64,000 nucleotides of DNA, from positions 32,663-96,662 of the forward strand of contig JAISUT010000067.1 of the NCBI GenBank assembly GCA_031271905.1, read 5' to 3'. Each line of letters opens with the position of its first letter. Positions within the stretch are counted from its first letter, which is position 1. The position numbers were made by a program, and so were the translations under genes. Below the pieces are notes generated by a model. The model saw only the letters and a list, made by a program, of their open reading frames with translations. It was not told the origin of the DNA and searched no databases. This DNA is from Acidobacteriota bacterium. GTDB lineage: Bacteria; Acidobacteriota; UBA6911. This document shows positions 1-9,784 of this stretch, in pieces.

Positions 1-2172
1 CCGCAGGAAGTTGTGCGCCCCTCCGCTGGTGCCGAAATCCCGCTTCGTGAATGGGAAGTTCTTGTTCTTGCCTGCGATGATCGCCGCCCGGTAATAAGTC
101 GTCGTCGGCATCCTGCGCCTCGAGTTGTAGGGGGCGGCGAAGCTGTCGGCGTCCCGCCAACTGTTCGAGAGCATCGTCACCGCGTCTGCGCTGATGGACG
201 CGGGAACCGACCACCCCCCGTCCTTGATCTCCGCCAGGGACGGGTCGTATCGCGCGGAAGAGCTGAACATCTTTTCCGTGTTCGCGTTGTAGTTCCCCTG
301 CACGTACACGGGGTTTTCCGAGGCGATCGCGAGGCCCCAGGGCAGGTTGTCGGTCGCATCGACGCCCAAGTCCATCTTCTCGCCATGGATCAGCTTCAAA
401 GCGCGCCGGAAAAACACCGGCGGATTGACTTTCGCCAGCGCCGCCGGGATTTTCGTCGTGGGTTTCGCCGAACCGCCCACGAGCGAAGATGCGTAGGTGC
501 GCCCCGAGCTGTCGGTCACGCGCAGGGTGGGCGTCACCGCCTGGTCTATGAACCCGTTGCCGTTGGTGTCCGCATAGCGGTTGTGCTTGTCTTTGCTCTG
601 CTCGTAGGCGTACTCCCCCTTGTCGAGGCGTCCCGCCGCCCGGCTGCCGCGGCGATCCGAGAAATAGACCACGTATCCCGTGTCGTGGGCGACCGCATCC
701 CCCTTGCGTTTGAGCCAGGCGCAGAGCTTGGCGATGTCCAGCTCGACATAGTGCATGACACCCCCGAGGTAGAGCGAGTCGTTGCCCATCGGGTAGTCGT
801 CGCTGTCCACCGCCTCGCGCGTGTCGAACAGCACGTTGGGCCACAGGTTCCTGCCGTTCGCGGGCGAGCAGGCGCCCAAGTCGGGCTTGTAGCGTTGCAC
901 CCGCAGGATCGAACTCCCGGCTGCCTCGCCGCCGGTGCACCGGCCGCCCTCCATGGCGGGACCGGTCGCGCCCAGCGCGAGTATTTCGCGGGTGACGTCC
1001 ACCCAACCGCCATTATCCAGTTTCATCTCGATCTTGATGTAGCCGCCGACGAGCGGCGCGCCGTTGGGGACTTTGTAATTCCCGCCGCCGGGGGACGTCG
1101 CGAACTGGTAGGTCGCGCCGCCATGGCTGAAGCTCCCGTCCAGGGGGACGGGCGGCGCCGTCCGCGTGACCGTCGGGAGGTTGTCGATGTCGCCCTTCTC
1201 GTCCGCCAACAGCACCCGCAGGCTCGCCATCGAGAAATAGCGCTGCCTGAAGACGTCGGGATCGTTGCGGTCCTCGTTCCGGGGCGGCAGCCGGATGATG
1301 TCGATGGGGCGGGCGTCCCCGCTCACCAGCGGCAGGTTCAACGGTTTGGCGCCGGTGGCGCCGTTGAGCAGGAAACGGTTGTACAGGGGGGCGATGCCGC
1401 GCGCCCAGGCGGAATCGGTCAGCGTGTCGTTCCCCTCGCCGATTTTGAGGCCGCGGCTGGAGGCGACCGTCCCGTCCGCCTTCTTCGCGGTCACGATCTG
1501 CACGGCGTTCGTGGAGTCCACGTTGACCTCGTTCGGCTTGCGTTTGCGGATGATCTTCCCCACCGCCGAGGTGTAATCGGTCAGCCGCAGGTCGGCGCCC
1601 GACAGGTACAAGTCCCCGTTGGTGTGGACGCGCCCGCCGAAGTTGAAATAACCGCCGGGGAAGAACGCCAGATCCGACTCGGAGAACATGCCGAACTGGA
1701 AGATCGGGATGTAGACGATCTGGACGGTGCGTTTCAGCGTGACTTCCTCGCCCGTCTTGGTCCGGGCGGTGACGGTGATGGTGTAAGGGGTGACTTGCGC
1801 GGTCAGTCCCGCGAAATTGCCTTCGGTCAGCGTCACCGTCTCCGCTTCCGCGTCTGCGGCGACCTTGGCGTCGGTGATGGATGTCTGGTCGTTGCCCGAC
1901 CCCACGGTCGTGCCCTTGAGGCTGGCGGCGATGTCGTCGGCCTGCCTCTGGGTGAGGTTGCCTTTGGCGAGGGTGTCGGCAAGCTCGGCGGTGGCGATTT
2001 CCAGCCCGCTCAAAGCGCCGGAAAAGGCGCTTTCCTCGCTGGAGAAATTGCTCCTGAACAATTTTTGCTGGGCGTCCAGGTTGACGAAGAAGGCTTGGAG
2101 CAGCGCCCCCAACAGTATCAGGATCAGCAGCACCATAATCAAAGCGATTCCAGGTTCATTTTTGGCTTTCAT
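1..2172 (-). CDS. Giant GspK/PilX-like minor pseudopilin, paralog A (3' end truncated by window start)
   Basis: Reverse-strand ATG at 2170-2172 gives MKAKNEPGIALIMVLLILILLGALLQAFF..., a GspK/PilX-type hydrophobic N-terminus lacking Glu5. Hand translation is collinear with the 826-aa neighbour (e.g. TPYTITVTARTKTGEEVTLKRTVQIVYIPIFQFG vs TPYTIKVTARTTSGAEVTLERLVQIAYIPIFQFG). Reading frame is open to position 1. Not listed in the ORF track because it has no in-window stop. Confidence 0.6.
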   Translation of the reverse strand, partial: MKAKNEPGIALIMVLLILILLGALLQAFFVNLDAQQKLFRSNFSSEESAFSGALSGLEIATAELADTLAKGNLTQRQADDIAASLKGTTVGSGNDQTSITDAKVAADAEAETVTLTEGNFAGLTAQVTPYTITVTARTKTGEEVTLKRTVQIVYIPIFQFGMFSESDLAFFPGGYFNFGGRVHTNGDLYLSGADLRLTDYTSAVGKIIRKRKPNEVNVDSTNAVQIVTAKKADGTVASSRGLKIGEGNDTLTDSAWARGIAPLYNRFLLNGATGAKPLNLPLVSGDARPIDIIRLPPRNEDRNDPDVFRQRYFSMASLRVLLADEKGDIDNLPTVTRTAPPVPLDGSFSHGGATYQFATSPGGGNYKVPNGAPLVGGYIKIEMKLDNGGWVDVTREILALGATGPAMEGGRCTGGEAAGSSILRVQRYKPDLGACSPANGRNLWPNVLFDTREAVDSDDYPMGNDSLYLGGVMHYVELDIAKLCAWLKRKGDAVAHDTGYVVYFSDRRGSRAAGRLDKGEYAYEQSKDKHNRYADTNGNGFIDQAVTPTLRVTDSSGRTYASSLVGGSAKPTTKIPAALAKVNPPVFFRRALKLIHGEKMDLGVDATDNLPWGLAIASENPVYVQGNYNANTEKMFSSSARYDPSLAEIKDGGWSVPASISADAVTMLSNSWRDADSFAAPYNSRRRMPTTTYYRAAIIAGKNKNFPFTKRDFGTSGGAHNFLR

Positions 2173-2461
2173 GGTTTTCTCCTCAGATAAAGCCGGATGC
2201 GGGGCAAAACACCTCCCTGCGGCCATGTCCAAATTTGTTCGCGAATTCGCTTCCGTCTCGCGTCCGTTTTCGACGGATGTCGGTTAGATCAGGTCACCTC
2301 CTTTTCCCGGGGTGCATCCCCGCCTCCCTGCGGGAACACCCCTTGTCGTTCGTCCGGTTCGTCATATGGGAAGGGCGAACCGCCGGCAGTTGCCCTGCGC
2401 GGCGATTCGCCCCCGTTTTACAACCCGTTGCGGCATGGCGGCGGGCCATGCCGCGTGGCGC

Positions 2462-4942
2462 CTATTCGTTGAAGGTGCGCGTGAAGCTTAAGACGTCGAT
2501 GGCGCGGACCATCGGGGTGTGGGGCGGGAGCTTGTTGACGTCGAGGAACTCCGTCTCGAAGCTGAACCGCCGTTTGGGCACCGCGTACACCCCGCCCCTG
2601 AAGGCGCTCACCGCCTCTTGGTTGTAATACAGGCTGATGATGGAGCCGCGGTAGAACACGTTGTTGGTGACGCTCCAGTTTTCCAGCATCCGCAGGAAGT
2701 TGTGGATGCCGCCGTCCGTCCCCCAGTCGGCGCATTCGGTCTGCGGGGCGCATTCCGACCAAGTGTTGTTCTTGCCGGCGATGATCGCCACTTTGTAAAA
2801 AGTGGCGTTCGGAGTCCGGGCGCTGAGGTTGTTGGGGCTGGTGAAGCTGACGGAATCCTGCCAGTTGTTGGAAAGGATCGTCACCGCATCCGCGCTCACG
2901 GAAGCCCCCACCGAGCCGCCGGGGGTGATGAGGGTGTTTTTAAAGTTCGTTTCGGCGGTCTCGTTGCCAGTGTCGTTGCTCGGCCTTGTGCCGGAGAACT
3001 TGTAGTTGTAGTCGCCATGGATGTATACCGGGTTTTCGGACGCGATCGCAAGCCCCCACGGCACGTTGGCGACGTCGGTCCTGTTGCCCAGGTCGATGCT
3101 GGCGCCGTTGACCAGCTTCAACGCGCGCCGGAAATAGAGGGGGCGCGCCCGCTTGGCTATTTCGGCGGCGGTGGTGGCGTTGCCGTCGATGGAATTCATC
3201 GGCGAGCTGGGGTTGAGCGTCGAAGTGTACGCCCCTATCGTCTTGTTGGGTGTTGGGACGGTGTTTTCCACCACGCCGTTGCCGTTGAGGTCTTTGCCGG
3301 AGACGTTCTCATAGGCGTATTCCGCCGTGTCCTTGCCTGACACGCGTTTGCTGCCGCGCCGATCCGAGAAATAGACCACATACCCCGTGTCATGGACGAC
3401 GGTCTGCGTCTTTAGCCAGGCGCACAGGTTCTTGACATCCAATTCGACGTAATGCATCACGCCGTTGTAGGTCAGGGAACTGGGGGCGCCGCTGGTGTTG
3501 GAGCCCTCGCGCGCGTCGAACAACACGTTGGGCCAGAGCTTTTTACCGTCGGTTGCGGCGTCGCAGCCGGTGGCGTTGCTCCTGTCGGAGAAACGCTGCA
3601 CCCGGATGATCGCGTTCGTGACCGCGTTGGACGAGGAGCTGCATTTGCCCGTCATGTCCACCCCGGTCACCCCTTTCCCCAGGATGGTCGCGGTGACGTC
3701 CGTCCAGACGTCTTTCGCGGTCTGCATCTGGATCAAGATGTATCCGCCGATGAGCGGTGCGCCATTGCCGATCTTATAATAGGTGGACCCGTCGGAGGTG
3801 GCGAACTCATAGGCGCCGGTGCCGGAGCCGAAACTGCCCTCGAGTTGTCGCGGCGTGGTGCCGGCCGCGTCGGGCAGGCTGGTGATGTCCCCCGGATTGT
3901 CCGAGAGCAATATCCTCAGGCTGGCGGCGTGGTAGTAGCGCTGGTCGCGCATAGTGGGCGAATCGTCGATTTTGCCCCGCCGGTTGATCTCGTAGGGTGC
4001 GATCGTCTCGCTTTCGCTGCCCGCCACCATCGTCGCCAGGTTCAGCGCCTCGGCGTCGGCGACGAGGAAGTTCGCGGTCTCGCCCGCGTCCGGCCCTTGG
4101 AACTTCGCCGCTACGTTGGTTTTCCATTGGCTGGTGGGGGGATTGCCCGGGTAGGATCCGTCCCGGTTGCCGTCGTTTATCCCGAATGTGGCGAAGTAGG
4201 TGCTGTTTTTGGCGAGGGCCGGTTTCTGCTTCAAGATGTGTACGTTGTGCGAATCATAGATGTCGCCGTTCTGCTTGATCTTCCCGTAGATGCCGTTCAC
4301 GGCGGTGACATAATCCGACATCCACAACCCTTCGTCGCTGCTGTTGTTGCCGCCGGAGAGGTAGAGCGTCCCGTTGGTGTGGACCCGGCCGCCGAAATTG
4401 AACAGGTTGCCTGGGAAGAACCCGAGGTCCATGTCGGAGAAGACGCCGAACTGGAAGATCGGGATGTAGGCGATCTGGACCAAGCGTTCCAACGTGACCT
4501 CCGCGCCGGAGGTCGTGCGCGCCGTGACCTTGATGGTGTAGGGGGCGACCCTCGCGCTCAGCCCCTTCCACTGCCCTTTGGACACCGTCTGCTGATCGAG
4601 GTCGTTTACGGAGCTGCCCGCAGGCGGGTTGACCTCGACGCTGGTGATGGTCGACTTGTTGTTGCCCGACCCCACGGTCATACCTTCGACGGACGACTCG
4701 ATGGCGGTTATGTCGCCAGCCGTGACGATGCCGTTCGCCAGCCTGTCCGCCAAGGCCGCCGTGGCCTCTTCCAAGGCGCTAAAGGCGCCGTCGAAGGCGG
4801 TGTTCTCGCTATCTTGGTTGCTGTAGTACAGCTTCTGCTGGGAATCCAGGTTGACGAAGAACGTTTGGAGCAGCGCCCCCAGCAACACCAGAATCAACAG
4901 CACCGTGAGCAATGCGATCCCAGATTCGTTTTTGGTTTTCAT
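2462..4942 (-). CDS. Giant GspK/PilX-like minor pseudopilin, paralog B (826 aa)
   Basis: ORF 2462..4942 (-). N-terminus MKTKNESGIALLTVLLILVLLGALLQTFF resembles the GspK/PilX pseudopilin leader plus hydrophobic helix. AAGGA ribosome-binding site upstream. Paralogous to the upstream copy. Sits in an operon with prepilin-type genes. Confidence 0.65.
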   Translation of the reverse strand: MKTKNESGIALLTVLLILVLLGALLQTFFVNLDSQQKLYYSNQDSENTAFDGAFSALEEATAALADRLANGIVTAGDITAIESSVEGMTVGSGNNKSTITSVEVNPPAGSSVNDLDQQTVSKGQWKGLSARVAPYTIKVTARTTSGAEVTLERLVQIAYIPIFQFGVFSDMDLGFFPGNLFNFGGRVHTNGTLYLSGGNNSSDEGLWMSDYVTAVNGIYGKIKQNGDIYDSHNVHILKQKPALAKNSTYFATFGINDGNRDGSYPGNPPTSQWKTNVAAKFQGPDAGETANFLVADAEALNLATMVAGSESETIAPYEINRRGKIDDSPTMRDQRYYHAASLRILLSDNPGDITSLPDAAGTTPRQLEGSFGSGTGAYEFATSDGSTYYKIGNGAPLIGGYILIQMQTAKDVWTDVTATILGKGVTGVDMTGKCSSSSNAVTNAIIRVQRFSDRSNATGCDAATDGKKLWPNVLFDAREGSNTSGAPSSLTYNGVMHYVELDVKNLCAWLKTQTVVHDTGYVVYFSDRRGSKRVSGKDTAEYAYENVSGKDLNGNGVVENTVPTPNKTIGAYTSTLNPSSPMNSIDGNATTAAEIAKRARPLYFRRALKLVNGASIDLGNRTDVANVPWGLAIASENPVYIHGDYNYKFSGTRPSNDTGNETAETNFKNTLITPGGSVGASVSADAVTILSNNWQDSVSFTSPNNLSARTPNATFYKVAIIAGKNNTWSECAPQTECADWGTDGGIHNFLRMLENWSVTNNVFYRGSIISLYYNQEAVSAFRGGVYAVPKRRFSFETEFLDVNKLPPHTPMVRAIDVLSFTRTFNE

Positions 4943-5013
4943 ATCCCTTTGTTCCTTTTGCGACAGATGTTGGTTTTTTCCCGCCCTTCACCCGGCGGCG
5001 CGCCCCTGCCTCG

Positions 5014-6084
5014 TTATAGTCCGAACTGGCTGCCGCCGTACTTCCTGATCGCCATCTCCGTCGAGATGCCGTTGGGCGCGCACGCGGCGCCGGTGTAGTT
5101 GCCGCCATTATTGACGCAGTCGCCGTTCGTGATCGCCTCGTCCGACAGGCAGACCATTTCGACGTCTACGCTGCGGATGAGCTGGAAGCGGCTAGGGGTG
5201 TTGAAGTCCGTAAACGGAATCAAGGTGCCGTCGTTATCCGACAGACGCTGTCGATAGGACAGGGCGAACCGGCTGACGCCGGGGACGGCCTCCACCGGGA
5301 TGCCGGTGTTGGTTTGCCGTGTGAGCCACGGCGTGTTCCCGGTGGTGTCCAGCGCGTAGGTGATGCGCCGATAGATGCGGAACCTGACGTCGGTGTAAGG
5401 AGATGCGGCGCCGAAAAGGGGTGCGCCGCCCGCGTACTTCAAGTCGCCCCAGTTCTGATTGACATGGGTGATGGAATCGGCCTTGCTGAACCGCACTTGC
5501 CTGGTCGTCGCGTTTATGCCGGTGACGGCTTGGACGATCCCGGTCTGGGCCGCTTCCGCACCGCGATAGAGCAGGACGAAATCCCCTACGCTTATGGGGA
5601 CGTCGTTGAAGTCCGCAGCGCTGTCCCAGACCAATCGCGTCCCGTCGCCGTCGTTGTTTTCAATGCGGGAGGCGGAATAGACCTTGCCCTCCTTGGCTTC
5701 GAACATGATGGTGAGGCTGTTGGTCCCAGGCTCCACCCCGTAAAAGAAATCCCTGTCGGCGGCAGGATACGAAGACCCCGTGCGATACGTGGTTCCGGCG
5801 GGAATCCGCAGACGGGGGCCGTCGGCTGGGGCGAGGGGGTTTTCCAACCCCTTGAACCCCCGCCACGCCTGTTGCGTGTCGCGTCGCAGCATGGTCAGGC
5901 CGGATTGCAGGTTCTGCGTGATTTCCGTCGCACGCCTCGAGGTTTTGTTTACGTCTACCATCGAATTGAGGAAGCCGTAGGCGACGGCCAGGAGCACGAG
6001 CAGGATGGCGGTGGACCCCATCATCTCGATGAGGCTGAACCCCCCTTCCCTGGGGGATGCGGCTGGTTTCTTTTCGTCCTTCAT
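5014..6084 (-). CDS. Prepilin-type N-terminal cleavage/methylation domain protein, PilW/GspJ-like minor pilin
   Basis: Internal start MKDEKKPAASPREG|GFSLIEMMGSTAILLVLLAVAYGFL carries the classic G-F-[ST]-L-I-E prepilin motif. GAGGGG ribosome-binding site before the ATG at 6084. 356 aa. Confidence 0.7.
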   Translation of the reverse strand: MKDEKKPAASPREGGFSLIEMMGSTAILLVLLAVAYGFLNSMVDVNKTSRRATEITQNLQSGLTMLRRDTQQAWRGFKGLENPLAPADGPRLRIPAGTTYRTGSSYPAADRDFFYGVEPGTNSLTIMFEAKEGKVYSASRIENNDGDGTRLVWDSAADFNDVPISVGDFVLLYRGAEAAQTGIVQAVTGINATTRQVRFSKADSITHVNQNWGDLKYAGGAPLFGAASPYTDVRFRIYRRITYALDTTGNTPWLTRQTNTGIPVEAVPGVSRFALSYRQRLSDNDGTLIPFTDFNTPSRFQLIRSVDVEMVCLSDEAITNGDCVNNGGNYTGAACAPNGISTEMAIRKYGGSQFGL

Positions 6085-6196
6085 CTTACCCCTCTCTAAC
6101 GACGCCCTGACAACAGGCGTCACGGTCAAGCCTGATGCGGCGTTGAAAAGCGAATCCATGTTTGCATTTGCCCCCCCCGTCCATCGGGGAAGTGCG

Positions 6197-6631
6197 CTAG
6201 CCTTTGCCCAGACTCACGTTTCCGCGGATTCTGTGCGTACGCCCCCCCACCGTGTATTGAATCGTTATGATGACGTACCTCATGTTGCCGCTGGAGGTGA
6301 CCGTCACGATCTTGCGAAAGCCCATGGTGCTCAGATCCAGGGTTTTCCCATTGGGCAGGTTGATGATCTCGGTGACCATCTGGTCGCTGTCCACTGGCGC
6401 TGTCCTGCTATTGTCCCAGTCGGCGGTGATCCGGTCGCGCTCCGCCGCGATCTTTTCCTTGACGATCAACTTCACCGGCCCCTGTTCCAGTATCCGCAAC
6501 CCCTGTCCGAACGAGGCGCCGATCGTCAACAACCCGATGCCCAAGATGATGGTGGCGAACATCACCTCGATGAACGTGAAGCCGGACTGGCTGTCGCCTG
6601 TAACCCCTTTTGCTTTCATGAAAACGTCCAT
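6197..6631 (-). CDS. Prepilin-type pseudopilin, GspI/PilV-like (144 aa)
   Basis: SGFTFIEVMFATIILGIGLL prepilin motif. Small size typical of GspI/PilV. GGAGGAGG ribosome-binding site 7 nt before the ATG. Confidence 0.7.
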   Translation of the reverse strand: MDVFMKAKGVTGDSQSGFTFIEVMFATIILGIGLLTIGASFGQGLRILEQGPVKLIVKEKIAAERDRITADWDNSRTAPVDSDQMVTEIINLPNGKTLDLSTMGFRKIVTVTSSGNMRYVIITIQYTVGGRTHRIRGNVSLGKG

Positions 6632-6635
6632 TTTT

Positions 6636-7361
6636 TCACCTCCTCCATACGCCGGGGCCTGCGCCAGCTACGGTCGAAAAAGTCCATGTGCGCACCCTGC
6701 CGACGGAACCGAGGATGGATATCGCCCGCCCCGGCACGTTGGGATGCGCCGTGTCCGCAATATAGATGGTCCCGTTGGCGATGGCGTCGGGATTGGTTGC
6801 CGAGACCAGGAAACCCGTCGGGGTAAACATGACCGGGACGGCTGCCGTGAAATCGATCGGATCTGTTGGCGAAACGCCGAATCCCTCGGGGGAGCCTGCG
6901 GTCGTACGCCTGAATTCAATCCCGTCCGGCAACGTCATCGACGGGTCGAACACCACTTTCGCCGCCGGGATGGAGTTCCAGTCGCTTCCGACGTTGCAGT
7001 CGAGATCTCTTGACGCGGCGGCGGCGACGTCCGCAGCCGTGCACCATCTTTCCACCACGATCTCGTTATTGCCGACGAAGCGCAGTCGATGATTGCGGTT
7101 TTTGCTCATGGCAAGCTCCCTGGTCTCGCGCAGCGTCGCCGTCACCCTGTCCGCCGCCATGTTGAGCCGCATCCCCACCACGGTGTTGCGTATGCTGGGC
7201 ACGGCGATGAAGCCCAGAATCGCGATGACCGCCATCACGATGATCAGTTCGAACATGCTGAAGCCCGTGTCCCGGCGAGGCGCGGGGGTGCGACCGCGCC
7301 TGCGGGCCGGTGCCGCCGTTTCCAGGGGCGCGGTGACCATGGCTGTCTTTCCGAGTGTCAT
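6636..7361 (-). CDS. Prepilin-type pseudopilin, GspH/FimT-like
   Basis: TGFSMFELIIVMAVIAILGFIAVPSI prepilin cleavage/methylation motif. First gene of the minus-strand minor-pilin operon. Long leader, so the true start may be the internal Met (MVTAPL). Confidence 0.7.
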   Translation of the reverse strand: MTLGKTAMVTAPLETAAPARRRGRTPAPRRDTGFSMFELIIVMAVIAILGFIAVPSIRNTVVGMRLNMAADRVTATLRETRELAMSKNRNHRLRFVGNNEIVVERWCTAADVAAAASRDLDCNVGSDWNSIPAAKVVFDPSMTLPDGIEFRRTTAGSPEGFGVSPTDPIDFTAAVPVMFTPTGFLVSATNPDAIANGTIYIADTAHPNVPGRAISILGSVGRVRTWTFSTVAGAGPGVWRR

Positions 7362-7554
7362 ATATGCCTCTGTCCTTCCACGATGGATACCGTTAAAAAT
7401 CCCACTAAAAATCCCACGCAGAGCATGGCCGCTTCACGTCATGCCACACCCCTGCCGCTGGCCGGCGGTCGTCCTTCGCGCATACGGAGAGCGACCTTCT
7501 CGTCGGCATAGTCTCCTTATCGACCGTTTTTTTAATTCATTAGAGGAAAATTGC

Positions 7555-7582
7555 GAAAAAAAACGCCTGCGGCGCTTTTTTT
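7555..7582. terminator. Weak bidirectional intrinsic terminator-like element (A8-CGCC-TGC-GGCG-C-T7)
   Basis: AAAAAAAACGCCTGCGGCGCTTTTTTT lies between the shc 3' end and the pilin operon promoter region. Short 4-5 bp stem flanked by A and T tracts. Confidence 0.35.
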
Positions 7583-7761
7583 GCCGTCTTCTGCACATAT
7601 CGGCAGGTGGTGGCGGAGGGATTAACCCCGGTGCGAAAATACGGGGGCGTCGGAGGTGCGGGGATGTGGCGGTGGCGGCGGGGGATGGCGGTGCAAGGCG
7701 TCGGGGCGCGTCATGGACGGGGGGCCGCACGGGGCGCACGCCCCCTATCCATCCCTTTCCC

Positions 7762-9738
7762 CTACGACGCCTGCATCTGCTTGGCGTAGGTTCCCAGCGC
7801 CAAGATGGGGAAGTAGTCCTTGTAAAGGTGGTACTGGATGTAGAACACCCTCGGGAAGCCGGTGCCGGTGGTGACCGACTCCTCCCAGGTGCCGTCCGGC
7901 AGTTGACGCTCCCGCAACCAGCGCACCCCCTGCTGCACGGCGCTGGAATAGATCTCGCCGGCGGCGATCAGGCCGAGCAGCGCCCAGGCGGTCTGCGACG
8001 GTGTGCTGACGGTTCGCTCGAATCGATGGGTGTCGTAGCCTAGGCAACTCTCCCCCCAGCCGCCATCGGGGTTCTGCACCTCCTTCAGCCAGCGCGCCCC
8101 TTTGGCGACGGCATCCCTGGCGCGATCCGCGCCGGTGGAGACCAGCCCGCGGATCGCCAGGAACGTCCCGTAGACGTAGTTGACCCCCCAGCGCCCGAAC
8201 CAGCTCCCGTTCACGTTCTGGTTCAGCAACAGGAAGTCGATCCCCCTGGCGATGGGGGCGTCGGTCTCTTTGAAGCCCCTGCGGCAAAGCGACTCCAGCA
8301 CCCGCCCGGTGATGTCGGGGCAGGTCGGGTCCAGCATGGCGTTGTGGTCGGCGAACGGTATCTTGTTGAGGATGCTCCAGTTGTTGTCCACATCGAACGC
8401 CGCCCAGCCGCCGTCCTTACTCTGCATCCCCAATATCCAGTTGACGCCGCGCCGCTCGGCGCGCGCCTGCTTGTCCGGGTCGCTCGCCTTGGCGTGCAGC
8501 AGCGCCAGAAGCACCATCGCCGTGTCGTCGATGTCGGGGTAGAACTCGTTGGCGAACTCGAACACCCAGCCGGACGGGGTGAGGTTGGGGCGCTTGGCAG
8601 ACCAGTCCCCCTTGCGGCGTATCTCGCGGTCCAGCAACCAATCGGCGGCCGCCGTCATGCGCGCCGGGTCGGCGCCCCCCAGCTCGCCCAGCGCGAAGGT
8701 GGCGATGGCGGTGTCCCAGACCGGCGACTTGCACGGCTGGAAGACCATCGTCTCCTCCCCCTCCAGCATCAGGTCGTCGAATTGCCGGATGGCCTGTTGC
8801 AGGTCGGGATGGTCGCGTTCGTAGCCCAGCGCGTCCATCGCCATGATCGAATACATCATCGACGGGTAGATCGCCCCCAGCCCGTCGCTGAAGTGCAGGC
8901 GGCTCAGCATCCATGTCTCGGCGACGTGGACGGCGTATTCGCGCACCTTCCGGTTGAACTTCTGGCGCTCCCAACGCTTGAACAGCGTGTCGGCCTTGAT
9001 GAACAGGTTCGCGATGCGATCCTTGCGGTGCAGCGCCAGCTTGCGGTGCGGATGGAAGAGCTCGGAGATGCGCAGGTTGTGCGGCGTCCGGTGCGTGACG
9101 CCGGTGGCCTGCACGATCGAGAGCGGCACGATGATCGTGCGCGTCCAAGAGGACATCTCGTAGAGCAGGTTGCCGGGGATGGTCATGATCTCCGGCGGGA
9201 TCGTGGGGCAGTAGCGGCGCGGGAAGAGGTCGAACAGGCTGTAGTTGAGCTTGGTGTAGCTGTTGCACTCCTGTATCCCCCCCATCTTCAGGATGAGGTT
9301 GCGCGCCGCGCGCATGCGCGGGTCGTCGGTGTCCATCCCCGTCATCTTCAGCATGGCGTAGGCGCGTACGGTGGCGTTGATCTCCGACGAACCGGGCTCG
9401 TAGGTGTTCCAGCCGCCGTCGGGGCGTTGCGAATCCAAAATGGAGCGGACCGCCTTGCGGATGCGCGGCATCGTCGGCGGGTTCCACTCCCCGTTCTCGT
9501 CGGGGGGGTGCAGCCATATCTGCAAGAGGATGTAGTCTGACAGCAAGGTCGAGTCGGCGGTCAAGTCCGCCACCCAGTACCCTTCCTCGCGCTGCTTGGT
9601 TTGGAGCGTCGCAGCCGCCAGCGCCGCGACGCCGCGCACCTCTTCGGAGGTGGACTGCACGGCGGCCTGGACTGCCGGCGCGGTCTCCTCGACCACCGGT
9701 TCGGGCTTGTGGAGCAATTCGACGAGTTCTTTCATCAC
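7762..9738 (-). CDS. shc: Squalene-hopene cyclase
   Basis: 658 aa. DIDDTAMV (DxDDTA catalytic motif), multiple QW repeats (QxxxGxW / GGW), typical terpene cyclase length. Confidence 0.9.
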   Translation of the reverse strand: MMKELVELLHKPEPVVEETAPAVQAAVQSTSEEVRGVAALAAATLQTKQREEGYWVADLTADSTLLSDYILLQIWLHPPDENGEWNPPTMPRIRKAVRSILDSQRPDGGWNTYEPGSSEINATVRAYAMLKMTGMDTDDPRMRAARNLILKMGGIQECNSYTKLNYSLFDLFPRRYCPTIPPEIMTIPGNLLYEMSSWTRTIIVPLSIVQATGVTHRTPHNLRISELFHPHRKLALHRKDRIANLFIKADTLFKRWERQKFNRKVREYAVHVAETWMLSRLHFSDGLGAIYPSMMYSIMAMDALGYERDHPDLQQAIRQFDDLMLEGEETMVFQPCKSPVWDTAIATFALGELGGADPARMTAAADWLLDREIRRKGDWSAKRPNLTPSGWVFEFANEFYPDIDDTAMVLLALLHAKASDPDKQARAERRGVNWILGMQSKDGGWAAFDVDNNWSILNKIPFADHNAMLDPTCPDITGRVLESLCRRGFKETDAPIARGIDFLLLNQNVNGSWFGRWGVNYVYGTFLAIRGLVSTGADRARDAVAKGARWLKEVQNPDGGWGESCLGYDTHRFERTVSTPSQTAWALLGLIAAGEIYSSAVQQGVRWLRERQLPDGTWEESVTTGTGFPRVFYIQYHLYKDYFPILALGTYAKQMQAS

Positions 9739-9784
9739 AAACGACCTTTCTCGCGTCAGGCGCGAAGCGCATCACCCGATTCGC

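Noticed and set aside
13-2190. 725-aa plus-strand ORF
   Set aside because: Antisense shadow of the truncated minus-strand GspK/PilX-like gene (1..2172). Low-complexity R/G/A/V-rich translation typical of GC-rich antisense frames.
3452-5098. 548-aa plus-strand ORF, plus many other long ORFs opposite recognised genes (e.g. 8344..9540, 8417..9796, 11054..12121, 14821..15981, 17988..19025, 19169..21085, 20913..22028, 23711..24928, 25213..26391, 31253..32494, 36892..38013, 39073..40917, 44224..45372, 45849..47321, 48304..50421, 52895..55021, 55343..56434, 58096..59616, 61096..62100)
   Set aside because: Each overlaps, on the opposite strand or in another frame, a gene with clear family motifs. 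Translations are Arg/Gly/Ala/Pro-rich low-complexity, as expected for open antisense frames in 65% GC DNA.
7093-8043. 316-aa plus-strand ORF spanning the pilin-operon promoter region and the shc 3' end
   Set aside because: Overlaps shc in antisense and runs through an intergenic G-rich tract. No motif support.
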